A DNA stretch of 64,000 bases, from the IMG/VR virus record IMGVR_UViG_3300031933_000215, positions 167,819 to 231,818 of that record; one strand, 5' to 3'. Shown one piece after another: positions 47,393 through 57,481 of this stretch. Each line of letters opens with the position of its first letter. The stretch's first letter is position 1. A program made the translations under genes and the position numbers. The notes under the pieces are model-generated. The model was not told where the DNA came from, did no database searches, and saw only the letters and a list, made by a program, of their open reading frames with translations.

Positions 47393-47743
47393 GTGATTTA
47401 CGTTTCTATTATACTGGCCACGTTGTTTGTGCAGATACCGAACATCTGGGCCGTTAAAGTACTACAAACGAACGGTCAACTTCGGTCAATATTGTTCATC
47501 GCACTGATGTGTCTTCCAGCCAGTTACGTCGCCACAGTTTGTTATGCCTACTATTATGGTCGGGGTTATGAAACACTGAGTTACCCCACCTTGGCGGTCA
47601 CCGCCTATGGAACCGGGTTGTTAGTCAGTGTGTTGATTCAAGTGGTGGTACTAAAGGCCAAAACCGTCACCGGTGTGGAAGTACTGGGTATGACACTGGT
47701 GATTGCCGGCTTGTTGTTGATCGTCTTTAAAGATCGTCTGTAA
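47393..47743 (+). CDS. Four-TM membrane protein, DMT/SMR (EamA-like) fold
   Basis: 116 aa with four hydrophobic helices and C-terminal G..LVIAG. Confidence 0.55.
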   Translation: MIYVSIILATLFVQIPNIWAVKVLQTNGQLRSILFIALMCLPASYVATVCYAYYYGRGYETLSYPTLAVTAYGTGLLVSVLIQVVVLKAKTVTGVEVLGMTLVIAGLLLIVFKDRL

Positions 47744-47806
47744 CTTTTTTTTTATTTATCCCGGTTATGAGTATGATTACCAAACCTATCAAGTAAGGAT
47801 GTCCTA

Positions 47807-48241
47807 ATGCAGTTGTTTATCGATTGTGAATTTAACAGTATGGGCGGTGGATTGATTTCCATGGCACTGGTCAGTGAAGACGGGGAACGTGAGTTCTATG
47901 AAGTGGTCGAATGCTCCGAAGCCATCGACCCGTGGGTCAAAGAAAACGTCATGCCGATCCTAGAGAAAGACCCCATTCCACTGGTGGAGTTTCAGGACCG
48001 GTTGAAAAAGTTCCTGGGTCAGTTCCCAGCGGTTCACGTGACCGCCGACTACCCGGACGACATCAAGCACTTCTGTAACGCGGTGATTACCGGTGCAGGA
48101 GAATGGTTTGAGGTCCAACCCTTAACCATGGAAGTCGATGAGGAATGCAGTGCCAAAGCTTCGGCCGTACCACACAACGCCCTACATGATGCCCGCGCCA
48201 TCCGTAAAAGCTGGTTGGCCGCCAACGGCATTGCTGAGTAA
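47807..48241 (+). CDS. DEDDh 3'-5' exoribonuclease (Rv2179c/DUF5051-like)
   Basis: LFIDCEF, LISMALV, WVKENV, D...D and HNALHDAR motifs. Confidence 0.8.
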   Translation: MQLFIDCEFNSMGGGLISMALVSEDGEREFYEVVECSEAIDPWVKENVMPILEKDPIPLVEFQDRLKKFLGQFPAVHVTADYPDDIKHFCNAVITGAGEWFEVQPLTMEVDEECSAKASAVPHNALHDARAIRKSWLAANGIAE

Positions 48242-48243
48242 CC

Positions 48244-48282
48244 GCATAATACCCTCCCCATTCGGGGAGGGCTTATGTCGTT
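48244..48282. terminator. Bidirectional terminator with CATAA/TTATG arms
   Basis: CCCTCCCC/GGGGAGGG stem between convergent genes. Confidence 0.75.
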
Positions 48283-50080
48283 AGGCGACCACCAAACCAC
48301 CGGCGGTTGTGTACTGATAGACGACACCGGTGTTCAGAGCCCGCACACGGGCCGAGTTACCAAACAGGTACGAGAAGTTGGTTACGTCCGTAACCCGCTC
48401 CCAAGAGCTTCCTGTGCGCTTGTAGAGGTATATGTTGGTGCCTTCCACCACAATGGCGGACACGTGGTCGCTTGGGATGACTCCGCGACCATTGCTGAAC
48501 TCCGTCGTGGATTGGAAAACGTAGAGTCCAAACTCGGGCACGGGTTGTAGGTATCGGTCAATCGCCAGTTTCTGACGGGCTGCGTCGATGACCTGTGGAC
48601 CCTGCGTCAATGTTTGGGTCGCCTGTTCCGCGAACGCCCGCAAACGCTGTCGGTCGGGCACTGCTGTGAAATCGTAGACATCCAACCATTTAGCGAGTCT
48701 GGCTGGGGTGACGACTTCTGGAAGAGCCACCAACGACTGAGGCGGTAAGCCCTCAATGGTCAGATCCAAGTAATACAGCACTGGGGTGGTGACGTGGAGT
48801 GTGAATGCCTGCGGCCCATTGTCGATGGGAAACCCAGCTCCAGGACCAGCGTACCATTTATAAGTGGTGCCGTTATCATCCACGTTGAACTCGCCCACCG
48901 GGATGTCATTCACCAACACTTCACCTTGCAGTGTCCCAAAACTAGGTTTGCTGTTGTGTAGGGGGTAGACAAACCGACGGTGCGGGGTTTTCATGGACTG
49001 AGTGTCATTGGGTCCGTCCATCATCTCCACAAACAGGAAGTTCCCTTCGCCGACCGTATAGGCATACCGAACCGTGGCAACTTCGCCGGACGCGGTGAGC
49101 ATCAGGAAGTTCAAGTCGTACTGACCGGGTTGGTCAAGTACGGTGGGTGGGAAATTGCCTGGGGCCATGGTGGGTGTCTCAGTGACCACCACCTGACTCT
49201 CAGAACCGCCTGCAGAGATGTATTCCGAGCCCGCCATGCCATTGTACAGTGGGTGATCACCGTAGTTGTTACGTAAGAACCCCACGTTCACCGACGTACG
49301 GTCGTAGTTGCCTTTGAAGTACGCGCCAAAGTTCACAATCAGTCGGTTCGCCCCTACGAAAAACCCCGTGCTTGAGTAAGCCGCCGTTTCCAAACTGGAG
49401 GGGTAGTTCCCGTGGTCGGTGATGATGATCAGTCCGTTGCCCTGGTACCGGTAACTGACCAGATCCGACACACAAGCTTCGGTGATCGAGCCCTGCCAAT
49501 CTGACGCGTAACGGGAGGACATGTAGATGACGCAGCAGTATTGATCCAATTCAGCCAGGCGGGCATCCAGTGACCCACCGTAATCCGACCCGTCTTTGAT
49601 GGTAATGTCGTACCCAGCGACTGCTGCCAAACGCTCAAAACTGGTCCGGAAATCCGAAGATCGTGTTCCCTTCACTTGATAACTACTCGTCCCATGGGCG
49701 TCACCTAACAGCAGTACCTTACGGTTTCCTGCCGCAACCTTCTCCGGATTGGCCACAAAGTTCAATGCGTTGTACAAGTATTTAAAACTGGCGTTCAGGC
49801 CTGAGAAACTGTTAACGGTCGACGCTGGTGCCTTGTTGTTATAGAACTTAGGGAAACCGCCGTCATACACCACATTGCCCCGACCGTCTTGGGTGACGGC
49901 GATGAACGGGTTCGGTGGGTTCAACGTGTCGTAGGCGATGTACTTGGAAATGGCCGGTGGGATACCGTTGGTGTTAAACGCCACTTCCGTCACATCCGAG
50001 GTGAATGTCCAGTTGATGGTTACAGACCCGGTGTAATACGCCGGGCGTTTATCAGGGGTGACCTGTGGCATACTCAACAC
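48281..50080 (-). CDS. Virion structural protein, putative tail fibre/appendage
   Basis: 599 aa, beta-rich, with GRGNVVYDGGFPKFYN; C-terminal module resembles that of the 3898-6505 family. Confidence 0.6.
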   Translation of the reverse strand: MLSMPQVTPDKRPAYYTGSVTINWTFTSDVTEVAFNTNGIPPAISKYIAYDTLNPPNPFIAVTQDGRGNVVYDGGFPKFYNNKAPASTVNSFSGLNASFKYLYNALNFVANPEKVAAGNRKVLLLGDAHGTSSYQVKGTRSSDFRTSFERLAAVAGYDITIKDGSDYGGSLDARLAELDQYCCVIYMSSRYASDWQGSITEACVSDLVSYRYQGNGLIIITDHGNYPSSLETAAYSSTGFFVGANRLIVNFGAYFKGNYDRTSVNVGFLRNNYGDHPLYNGMAGSEYISAGGSESQVVVTETPTMAPGNFPPTVLDQPGQYDLNFLMLTASGEVATVRYAYTVGEGNFLFVEMMDGPNDTQSMKTPHRRFVYPLHNSKPSFGTLQGEVLVNDIPVGEFNVDDNGTTYKWYAGPGAGFPIDNGPQAFTLHVTTPVLYYLDLTIEGLPPQSLVALPEVVTPARLAKWLDVYDFTAVPDRQRLRAFAEQATQTLTQGPQVIDAARQKLAIDRYLQPVPEFGLYVFQSTTEFSNGRGVIPSDHVSAIVVEGTNIYLYKRTGSSWERVTDVTNFSYLFGNSARVRALNTGVVYQYTTAGGLVVA

Positions 50081-50086
50081 TCCTGG

Positions 50087-50455
50087 TTACTGATTCGGAC
50101 TATGCGGTACGTCAATCCGGATATAGAACGACAAATTCATCGTGCTGTGGTTGTGTATAACGACGGTCCCGCTGTCATTGACACCCGCACTGACAATCGC
50201 GCTGGCATCGACGTACGTGTTGTGCGTGGGGGAATTAGCGTCGGTATCCAGAACCTTAACAATGATGGCCGACCCACGGTAGTCGAAGGCGTTGGGGTTA
50301 TTGACCAACAAAGCGGCCAGGTCATACTGACGCTGAGCACCGGCCGCGATTGACGCGGTCTCTTGCACCGCAATGGTACCGTACCCAAGTGAGGTTCGAT
50401 CAATGATGGCGGCGGTGAACCGCTGGATCGAGGTTCTTAATGCTTCTGTACCCAT
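50087..50455 (-). CDS. Small virion structural protein
   Basis: Beta-rich 122-aa ORF co-transcribed with the fibre-like gene. Confidence 0.55.
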   Translation of the reverse strand: MGTEALRTSIQRFTAAIIDRTSLGYGTIAVQETASIAAGAQRQYDLAALLVNNPNAFDYRGSAIIVKVLDTDANSPTHNTYVDASAIVSAGVNDSGTVVIHNHSTMNLSFYIRIDVPHSPNQ

Positions 50456-50509
50456 GACTGTTTCCTATTAAAGGCCCTGGATCACCCAGGGCCGCTATGT
50501 CGTTGGTGG

Positions 50510-52555
50510 TTACCAGTCCATGTACGATGGCGATTCCTTTGATCCTGCCAGAACGTCCGTCACGGTGACCGTGTTGGCAAGACCGTAGTCCTCGTTGGCG
50601 ACCGTTACCCTACCATCGCCCTCTTCCACTTCGAACGGGGACTTGATGCCCATGATCTGCTCCACCTGTTGTTGGGACCAGGCCAGGATGTCCCCCGAAC
50701 GGGTGGAGATGTTAGGCTCCTGACCGGTGTCCAGACTGGCTTCCCAAACTGTAGTCTGCGTATCGGCACCCAGACGGTGAATCCGGGAAATCGCCTGTTC
50801 GTGGATGTAGGCACGGAATGGGGCGTTGATCATGATCATGTTGTCGGCCATGACCAGAGGTACCGCTGTGGACAGTGACTGGTAGGTGGCAATCAGCGGG
50901 TTGAGGTCTTCTTGTTTCTCAAACATCTGAATCGTTTTGTTCAGTTCGCTGTTGGTTTTACCGTACACCGCCACCGGGTTCATCTGTACCGTGTCCAAGA
51001 AATTCTTCGAGGCTTCCAACGCCTCAACAAACGAGGTAAACACCACCGTCTTCTTCTCGGTCGAGTTACAGATCCCTTTGAAGTCGATGTAGGGTACCAT
51101 GTCCACATGACACTGAATGCGTTTGCGACCCAACACGCGACCCAAGGCTTCACCCTGGATCTTCAGGTTCACGTACTTCACAATGGACTTGACGTTCTTG
51201 AATTCGTTGCGCAGTTCTTTGGGTAGTGACGGAATCACCCGGTGTTTCTCGTACCAGTTGGTCCGTTGGATCTCGTCTTTACAGAACCGAGCGTCACCCT
51301 TGTTCTTGATCACCACGTCCACGTCCGCAAAGTATTGCAACAGGTCTTTGTCGGAGGACCCTTTTCTCAGCGTCTTTTCATGGAGTGTCATACACCGGTA
51401 GTAAAACTCCAGATCGCCTTTCTTTCGGGCCTGGTAGTACCGTACACGTTCGGTGATGAACGCCTGCATGTCTTTACGGATGGCCTTGAGGGTGTAGTCT
51501 TTGCCGTTGGGGATGACCACCTTGTGTTTCTTCATCACCGGTTTGTCCAGCCCCAACTGATGTTTCTCCACCTTGTACGAGATCACGCCCATGCGCTGGC
51601 GGAGGATGTCCACCCCACGGTTACCGTCACGACCAAAGATCTTCTTGAACCGTTCCTGCACGTCCTTGGTGAAATAGGGATCAATGGATTTCAGCAACGG
51701 AATACTCTCACCGCCCAGAGCCTTAATCGGGGTACCCGACATCCACAGGGTATCCTCGACATCCAGCTTTTCCACCATGTCCAAGAACAGCTGTGTCCGC
51801 AACGACTGAATCTCATTCAGGTTGTGCGATTCATCAAGAATTACCACCGTGTTTGATGATTTAAGAGACTCCACCATATCCATGGCCACGTTCAGAGACT
51901 CGTAATGGAACACAGCTATGCGTTCATTCTTGTACGGTTTGCCGTGGGCATAGATCCAGTGCGATTGTGGTTTCTTGAACAGCTTCTGAATCTCGCCGTG
52001 CCAGACACGGTCGATGGCGTTCTTGGGACAGACGATCACAATCCGTTCGGCTTTCAAGCATTCGGCCAAAGCCAACGAGATGTACGTCTTACCACTCCCG
52101 GCTACCGCTGACAACAGATAACCCATCAGGTGGTATTGTTGTTTCAACAGGTCGTACGACTCAAAGAACTTTTGCTGGTAATCCAGCGGTTTGTAAATCA
52201 GGTTATTGAGTCGTTTCAAATCCACCCGAGGTTGCGGTTCCAGTTGGGTATCCCGCAGCCAGGTTTCAGTCATCAACAGATCTTTGATCTTAGCGATGGT
52301 ACGCACGTTGGTCCATCGCGACCGGTGGGTGGTCATGGTATCCAACATGTAGTACACGTCGGGAGCAAAGAACAACGGAAACGACAACGTGTTACGTGAC
52401 GCCGTTGAGAACATGTGTTTGTTGATTCGGGACGTTTTCCAGATTTTGGAGATGTCCCGCTGAATAACATCGGCTGGTAGGCCGGTGATTACAATTTCTT
52501 TTTCGGTTTGGACGACTCGGACATTCCCGAGCAGTCGTCGAATGCCAGAAAACAT
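50510..52555 (-). CDS. SF2 (SNF2-like) helicase
   Basis: AGSGKT, DESH, SGTPIK and QAISRIHRLG motifs. Confidence 0.9.
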   Translation of the reverse strand: MFSGIRRLLGNVRVVQTEKEIVITGLPADVIQRDISKIWKTSRINKHMFSTASRNTLSFPLFFAPDVYYMLDTMTTHRSRWTNVRTIAKIKDLLMTETWLRDTQLEPQPRVDLKRLNNLIYKPLDYQQKFFESYDLLKQQYHLMGYLLSAVAGSGKTYISLALAECLKAERIVIVCPKNAIDRVWHGEIQKLFKKPQSHWIYAHGKPYKNERIAVFHYESLNVAMDMVESLKSSNTVVILDESHNLNEIQSLRTQLFLDMVEKLDVEDTLWMSGTPIKALGGESIPLLKSIDPYFTKDVQERFKKIFGRDGNRGVDILRQRMGVISYKVEKHQLGLDKPVMKKHKVVIPNGKDYTLKAIRKDMQAFITERVRYYQARKKGDLEFYYRCMTLHEKTLRKGSSDKDLLQYFADVDVVIKNKGDARFCKDEIQRTNWYEKHRVIPSLPKELRNEFKNVKSIVKYVNLKIQGEALGRVLGRKRIQCHVDMVPYIDFKGICNSTEKKTVVFTSFVEALEASKNFLDTVQMNPVAVYGKTNSELNKTIQMFEKQEDLNPLIATYQSLSTAVPLVMADNMIMINAPFRAYIHEQAISRIHRLGADTQTTVWEASLDTGQEPNISTRSGDILAWSQQQVEQIMGIKSPFEVEEGDGRVTVANEDYGLANTVTVTDVLAGSKESPSYMDW

Positions 52556-52627
52556 ACGTTTATCTCTTCAATGAATGGGTAGACGAACAAAGTCATAACA
52601 TAAGTCAACCACCAAGGAAACCGCCCT

Positions 52628-53350
52628 ATGAGCATCCTCTCCGACCACAGTATCTACAAGCTTTGCGTACCACCCACTCACATGGTGGGGGATTTCATCA
52701 CCAACCGTACCGGTACTCGGGAGTTGGCCTGGAAAGACCACACGTACACCGCCGAGAAGCTGGACGACTTGGCCCGTCGATACTGCGCCGTTGAATTGGA
52801 CGATGACTGTCCGGAAGTCAAAGAGTTCAAACCGATGATTGCCCCGTTCTCCCCGGAGCAAGTGCGAGAAGTCGATGGGGAACGAATTGTATCCTACGGG
52901 CTGTCGTCTTACGGATACGATGTGCGTCTGGGCCGGGAATTCAAGATCTTTACCAACGCACGTAACGCCATGATCGATCCATTGAACCCCGATCCGGATT
53001 GTTTCATTGAACACGTGGGCGATTACTGCATCATCCCACCCAACAGCTACATTCTGGGCACCACCATGGAATGGTTCGATATTCCCCGCGATGTCATGGT
53101 GGTGTGTGTGGGGAAATCCACGTACGCACGACTGGCCTCCATTGTCAACGTCACCCCGATCGAGCCGGAGTTCAAAGGCAACGTGGTGATTGAGATCGCC
53201 AACTGCTCGCCCCTGCCGATGAAAGTCTATGCGGGGATGGGCATTGCGCAGTTCATGTTCTTTGAAGGCGACCGCCCGTGCGACGTTTCTTACGCTGATA
53301 AAGGTGGGAAGTACCAGAACCAGAAAGGACTGACCCTGGCACGACTCTAA
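52628..53350 (+). CDS. dcd: dCTP deaminase
   Basis: [38 protein letters not shown] and YQNQKG motifs; N-terminal insertion. Confidence 0.95.
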   Translation: MSILSDHSIYKLCVPPTHMVGDFITNRTGTRELAWKDHTYTAEKLDDLARRYCAVELDDDCPEVKEFKPMIAPFSPEQVREVDGERIVSYGLSSYGYDVRLGREFKIFTNARNAMIDPLNPDPDCFIEHVGDYCIIPPNSYILGTTMEWFDIPRDVMVVCVGKSTYARLASIVNVTPIEPEFKGNVVIEIANCSPLPMKVYAGMGIAQFMFFEGDRPCDVSYADKGGKYQNQKGLTLARL

Positions 53351-53362
53351 GTTTCCCCACAT

Positions 53363-53378
53363 CTATATCACCCAGATG
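53363..53378 (+). promoter_or_regulatory. Early promoter motif CTATATCAC-N4-ATG
   Basis: Exact core copy, intergenic. Confidence 0.7.
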
Positions 53379-53456
53379 ACATTGAAACAATAAAAGGCAA
53401 CACGTATGGGGGTTTAATTGGTATAGATGTTATCTGGTTTGCGTTAAGGGACCGAC

Positions 53457-53786
53457 ATGAACGACGAAAAACCCAGAGTGATCGGCGTCATTGATCACTG
53501 GAAACCCGGTGTGACCGCCACCATTGTGGATAAATTAAGAACCATGGGGATTGAGCGCTACGGCGATGGCCCCGACATCATAAACGTAAAGGAGGACAAC
53601 GTGAAACCAATCAACGCAGTATTGGGTGCCTTGGAAGCCAACGGCATCATGACCCCGTTCGGGAAAGGCCGGAAGAAGAAAAAGAAACGGGAAGACCCGA
53701 AACACATTCAGCAACAGCGACTGCAAGCCGCTGAAGAAAAACGGAAACGCAAGGCGGAAAACCGCAAGCGTCAAGCCGGACTTTAA
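53457..53786 (+). CDS. Hypothetical protein with highly basic C-terminal tail
   Basis: KGRKKKKKRE...KRKRKAENRKRQ. Confidence 0.6.
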   Translation: MNDEKPRVIGVIDHWKPGVTATIVDKLRTMGIERYGDGPDIINVKEDNVKPINAVLGALEANGIMTPFGKGRKKKKKREDPKHIQQQRLQAAEEKRKRKAENRKRQAGL

Positions 53787-53814
53787 ATCATAACGACCAT
53801 TAAGGAATCGAACT

Positions 53815-54507
53815 GTGGATATTCAACAACTGGAAGACCTCGGCTTTAACGCCCCGCAGATTGCGGTACTGGAAGAATTATCCAACAACCAAGTCAACGA
53901 ACTTAAAATTGAAGGTTTGTTGGATCAGGCCAAGGACGATTCGTACACAAAAGAAGAAGTGTACAACGCCTTGCTGAAAATGATCGTTCAGTTCAACACC
54001 GAAAAGCTGGCCAAAGAACACCGTCAGCGGGTTAAGGATGGCGGGTTTTCCATTCAGAGTGTGGACGGTCCGGTGTCGTTCTCCTACTCGGTTGGACTGG
54101 CCGAGCAACTCGGCTACGAATTGATCTTGCGGGCACGTACCTCCGCGCAGACACTGGGGATTATCCTCAATACCGTGGCGCGGAAACTTCTGGCCGATGC
54201 CGTAGTGACGGTCAACAACGGACACTTCGACCTCAACGAGTTCACCGTGGATGAACGGCCACTGCGGTTGAAGATGGTTCAGTGTCTGGACACCAACTTC
54301 ATTCTGACCAATTACGCGTTGATGGCCACCAACCCCAAGTTCGTGGATACGCCCCCGGAGTCGTTCCGTCAGATTTTCATCTGCGATGCCAACCACCTCC
54401 TGCCTGAGGAAGAAGGCTACAACGAAGCGGTTGGGCAAGACCTGACGCAATCGGTCGATGACGTCTTGGCCATGGCGGCTCCCGCCGACGCACAACAAAC
54501 CAACTGA
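53815..54507 (+). CDS. DUF4262-like domain protein
   Basis: FSYSVGL....YELIL...LN motif. Confidence 0.55.
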   Translation: MDIQQLEDLGFNAPQIAVLEELSNNQVNELKIEGLLDQAKDDSYTKEEVYNALLKMIVQFNTEKLAKEHRQRVKDGGFSIQSVDGPVSFSYSVGLAEQLGYELILRARTSAQTLGIILNTVARKLLADAVVTVNNGHFDLNEFTVDERPLRLKMVQCLDTNFILTNYALMATNPKFVDTPPESFRQIFICDANHLLPEEEGYNEAVGQDLTQSVDDVLAMAAPADAQQTN

Positions 54508-54527
54508 CACACCATAGGAATCGAGAC

Positions 54528-56933
54528 ATGCCAAAGATTGATGACATGCACGCTCCGTACATACTACCTATTACGCCAAGCGACGCCGACGTTCAGTATT
54601 TCGGTGTTATTAAAGACATTTTGGATGAGCAGCAAAGCACGTCCAAAGTGGACCGCACCGGTGTAGGTACGCAAGGGGTGTTCGGCCGTCAAATGCGCTT
54701 TGACATCAGCAACAAGAAACTTCCACTGCTCACCAGTAAGAAGGTGTTCACCAAGGGCATCGTTCACGAACTGCTCTGGATGTTGTCAGGCGATACCAAC
54801 GTGCAGTACCTCAACGCCCACGGCGTGAGCATTTGGAACAGTTGGGTAAAACCAGAAACAGCACAATACCGTCGAGCCACCTGGGATGACTGGTTCGCCA
54901 TCATCCGACGTAGAAAACTGGAACCCTCGTTCGTTTTCATGTTGCGTGAGCATCTGAGCGAAGCCGAGATTCTCCACTTCCATATCAAGGGCGAATTCCC
55001 GTGGGCCGGTCAGGACGTCGGTGATGACCATCCAGCGGTCAATGCAATCTTGAAGTGGATGAAAGACCACGACATGCCGGAACGGTTCTTGGTGGCTGGG
55101 GAACTCCCCAAGATCTATCAACACCAGTGGCGTCAATGGGAAGACACTCGACTGGTTCCGATGGATATCTGGGTTACCGACGACTGGTACCAAAACAACG
55201 GCTTTGTGCTGTTGAATGAGTACTTCGATGCCGAGTTGGGTGAGGAAATTGCGATCGTCCACCGGAAGATCGATCAAATTCAGAAGGTCATTGACCAACT
55301 GAAAACCAACCCCGATTCTCGACGGATCATTGTCAGTGCCTGGAACGCGGCGGAGATCGAAGAGATGGCACTCCCACCGTGTTTTATACCTGGAAGTCTG
55401 GTTAGCACACCCGACGGTTATAAGAAAATAGAGACTCTAACTGAGGGTGATGTTGTTCACTCCGGGACCGGTCAGGAACGCAGAATAAACAAAGTATGGA
55501 GAACTCCATATAAAGGCAAAATACTTTATATTAGACCTGCCCTAGTGGGTGTTCCAATCGCCTGTACTCCAAATCACCCATTTCTAGTTAGAAATAAGGG
55601 ATGGGTGGACGCTAAAGATCTAAAGGAAGGGGATTACTTAGCAATCCCGAAAACCAAGTCAATTAAAGATTTGGAGTTTAACTACAGTATCAATCATGGG
55701 TCGAGTGGTAAGCAAATACATCGTACTGTAAAATGTACAAACGAAGATTACTACACATTTGGTTACTTTCTCGGTAATGGGTGGGCAAGTGTGAACGAAA
55801 ATAGAATATCGTTTGCCATTCCTCACAGTAAAGTTGATGAAATACTTCCACGTTTAAGGAAAACAATAAAAGTATCAAGAAAACCCGGTAGTGGCGACAA
55901 TGTATCTACATACATGACTCATTCTGAAAAATGGATCTCAGTATTTAGAAGTTTTGGGAGTGGTGCTCATAATAAAATTATCCCAGACTGGGTTATGACT
56001 TCGACAATGGGTGCCAAGAAAGCTTTTATCGATGGGTTCTTAGCGGCAGATGGGTATCGGATTGACGAGGGTCGTTTCGATATTTGTTGTACGTCACCCA
56101 ATATTATTTTGGGGCTCCAACGTCTGTTTGCTGAACAAGATCACGCTGTCGGTACTGGGTTTCAAGTTCGTCCAGATAAAACGGAAATAGAAGGCAGGGT
56201 GGTGAACCAAAAGAATACATACCACCTAAAATCAAGAAGTGGATCGAAATCTAAGAATAACACCAATGTGGAATATGATGACGAGTACATGTGGGTACCA
56301 ATAAGAAAAATATTCTACGGTGATTCAAACACAACAGTTTATAATCTTGATGTTGAGGAGGAACACACGTACACTGTAAGTAACATAGTTAATCACAATT
56401 GTCATACCCTGTTCCAGTTTTACACCCGTGAGATGGACTCCAGTGAGCGTGAGAGTTGGTTGGTAACCCATCTGGGTCGTGAGACCATGGACCAGTACCG
56501 TCGTGAGCTGGGCGAGGTCAGTCAAGCCAACGACGGTGACGCGGTGTGCGATACCGTGACGTTACACGCTCTGTTGGACCATTACAAGGTTCCACGGCGG
56601 GCGTTGTCGTGTCAACTCTATCAGCGCAGTGCGGACTACCCGATTGGAGTGCCCTTCAATATCGTTCAATACTCGCTTCTGACTCACCTGGTGGCTCGTA
56701 CAGTTGGGATGGCCACGGACGAGTTCATTTGGACCGGTGGTGATTGTCACATCTACAAGAACCAGTTTGAAGGCATCCACGAACAGTTGGATCGGGAGCC
56801 TTTGAACGTTCCGGCCCCGACGGTGGAATTGAACCCTGAGATTGACAACCTGTTCGACTTTACGTACGACGACATTAAGATCGTTGGATATGAAAGTCAC
56901 CCGGTGGTCAAATTCCCACCCGCTGCCGTGTAA
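54528..56933 (+). CDS. thyA: Thymidylate synthase interrupted by an intein (mature ~461 aa)
   Basis: DRTGVGT, ELLWMLSG, YQHQWR, SRRIIVSAWN, LPP[intein]CH, YQRSAD..GVPFN and HIYKN motifs. Confidence 0.95.
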   Translation: MPKIDDMHAPYILPITPSDADVQYFGVIKDILDEQQSTSKVDRTGVGTQGVFGRQMRFDISNKKLPLLTSKKVFTKGIVHELLWMLSGDTNVQYLNAHGVSIWNSWVKPETAQYRRATWDDWFAIIRRRKLEPSFVFMLREHLSEAEILHFHIKGEFPWAGQDVGDDHPAVNAILKWMKDHDMPERFLVAGELPKIYQHQWRQWEDTRLVPMDIWVTDDWYQNNGFVLLNEYFDAELGEEIAIVHRKIDQIQKVIDQLKTNPDSRRIIVSAWNAAEIEEMALPPCFIPGSLVSTPDGYKKIETLTEGDVVHSGTGQERRINKVWRTPYKGKILYIRPALVGVPIACTPNHPFLVRNKGWVDAKDLKEGDYLAIPKTKSIKDLEFNYSINHGSSGKQIHRTVKCTNEDYYTFGYFLGNGWASVNENRISFAIPHSKVDEILPRLRKTIKVSRKPGSGDNVSTYMTHSEKWISVFRSFGSGAHNKIIPDWVMTSTMGAKKAFIDGFLAADGYRIDEGRFDICCTSPNIILGLQRLFAEQDHAVGTGFQVRPDKTEIEGRVVNQKNTYHLKSRSGSKSKNNTNVEYDDEYMWVPIRKIFYGDSNTTVYNLDVEEEHTYTVSNIVNHNCHTLFQFYTREMDSSERESWLVTHLGRETMDQYRRELGEVSQANDGDAVCDTVTLHALLDHYKVPRRALSCQLYQRSADYPIGVPFNIVQYSLLTHLVARTVGMATDEFIWTGGDCHIYKNQFEGIHEQLDREPLNVPAPTVELNPEIDNLFDFTYDDIKIVGYESHPVVKFPPAAV
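55380..56399 (+). mobile_element. Intein (340 aa) with LAGLIDADG homing endonuclease
   Basis: Starts CFIPGSLVSTPDG; block B TPNHPFL; FGYFLGNGW and FIDGFLAADG motifs; ends VYNLDVEEEHTY....HN followed by +1 Cys; AT-rich. Confidence 0.93.
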
Positions 56934-56944
56934 CACCACGGCGG

Positions 56945-56985
56945 TATAAAAGAGGAGGCAAAACCTCCTCTTTTTTTTTTTATTT
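56945..56985 (+). terminator. Rho-independent terminator
   Basis: AAAAGAGGAGG/CCTCCTCTTTT plus poly-T. Confidence 0.85.
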
Positions 56986-57012
56986 CATTTCAGGTAAGTA
57001 GGCTAGTGTACG

Positions 57013-57396
57013 ATGTCCAATGACAACCACGTTATTCACATTAGGCTCAATCTAAGAGAAACCCATCAACAAGCCAAGCCATACTCGCGGGAAGTTCCCA
57101 TCATACGCGACGGGTTCAGCCCCCGGAAAACACTGCGCACCATCACGTCCGTAATTGAGACCCTCAACGAGTATAAAGGAACCACCGGTCCTTTGTCGGT
57201 TTGTACACTGTACGACCAAGACGATTTGGATTCGGACGTGTTTCACGTAGCCAATGCGTTGATTGATCTACTGGGAGAAAGTCGATTGGGGTACCTTCCA
57301 GCCCCGATGATCTACATTGAAAACCCCACCCAAGAAATAGGGGATGGTACTGCGTTTGCAATCCTCCAAGCGCCACCCATTCTTGCCCACCGATAA
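57013..57396 (+). CDS. Hypothetical protein
   Basis: 127-aa ORF between terminator and promoter. Confidence 0.5.
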   Translation: MSNDNHVIHIRLNLRETHQQAKPYSREVPIIRDGFSPRKTLRTITSVIETLNEYKGTTGPLSVCTLYDQDDLDSDVFHVANALIDLLGESRLGYLPAPMIYIENPTQEIGDGTAFAILQAPPILAHR

Positions 57397-57421
57397 ACCA
57401 CGGATGCAAAAAATGTCAGAC

Positions 57422-57437
57422 CTATATCACCCTCGTG
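57422..57437 (+). promoter_or_regulatory. Early promoter motif CTATATCAC-N4-GTG
   Basis: Exact core copy, 60 nt upstream of ATG 57482. Confidence 0.7.
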
Positions 57438-57481
57438 AGAATACCATAACCAATGCAGATAGGCTGCATAACGAGGATATA

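Noticed and set aside
43843-56933. Uracil-substituted or hypermodified DNA pathway (as in PBS1/AR9)
   Set aside because: dcd, thyA and tmk together form a normal dTTP supply route; no base-modification genes were recognised in this window.
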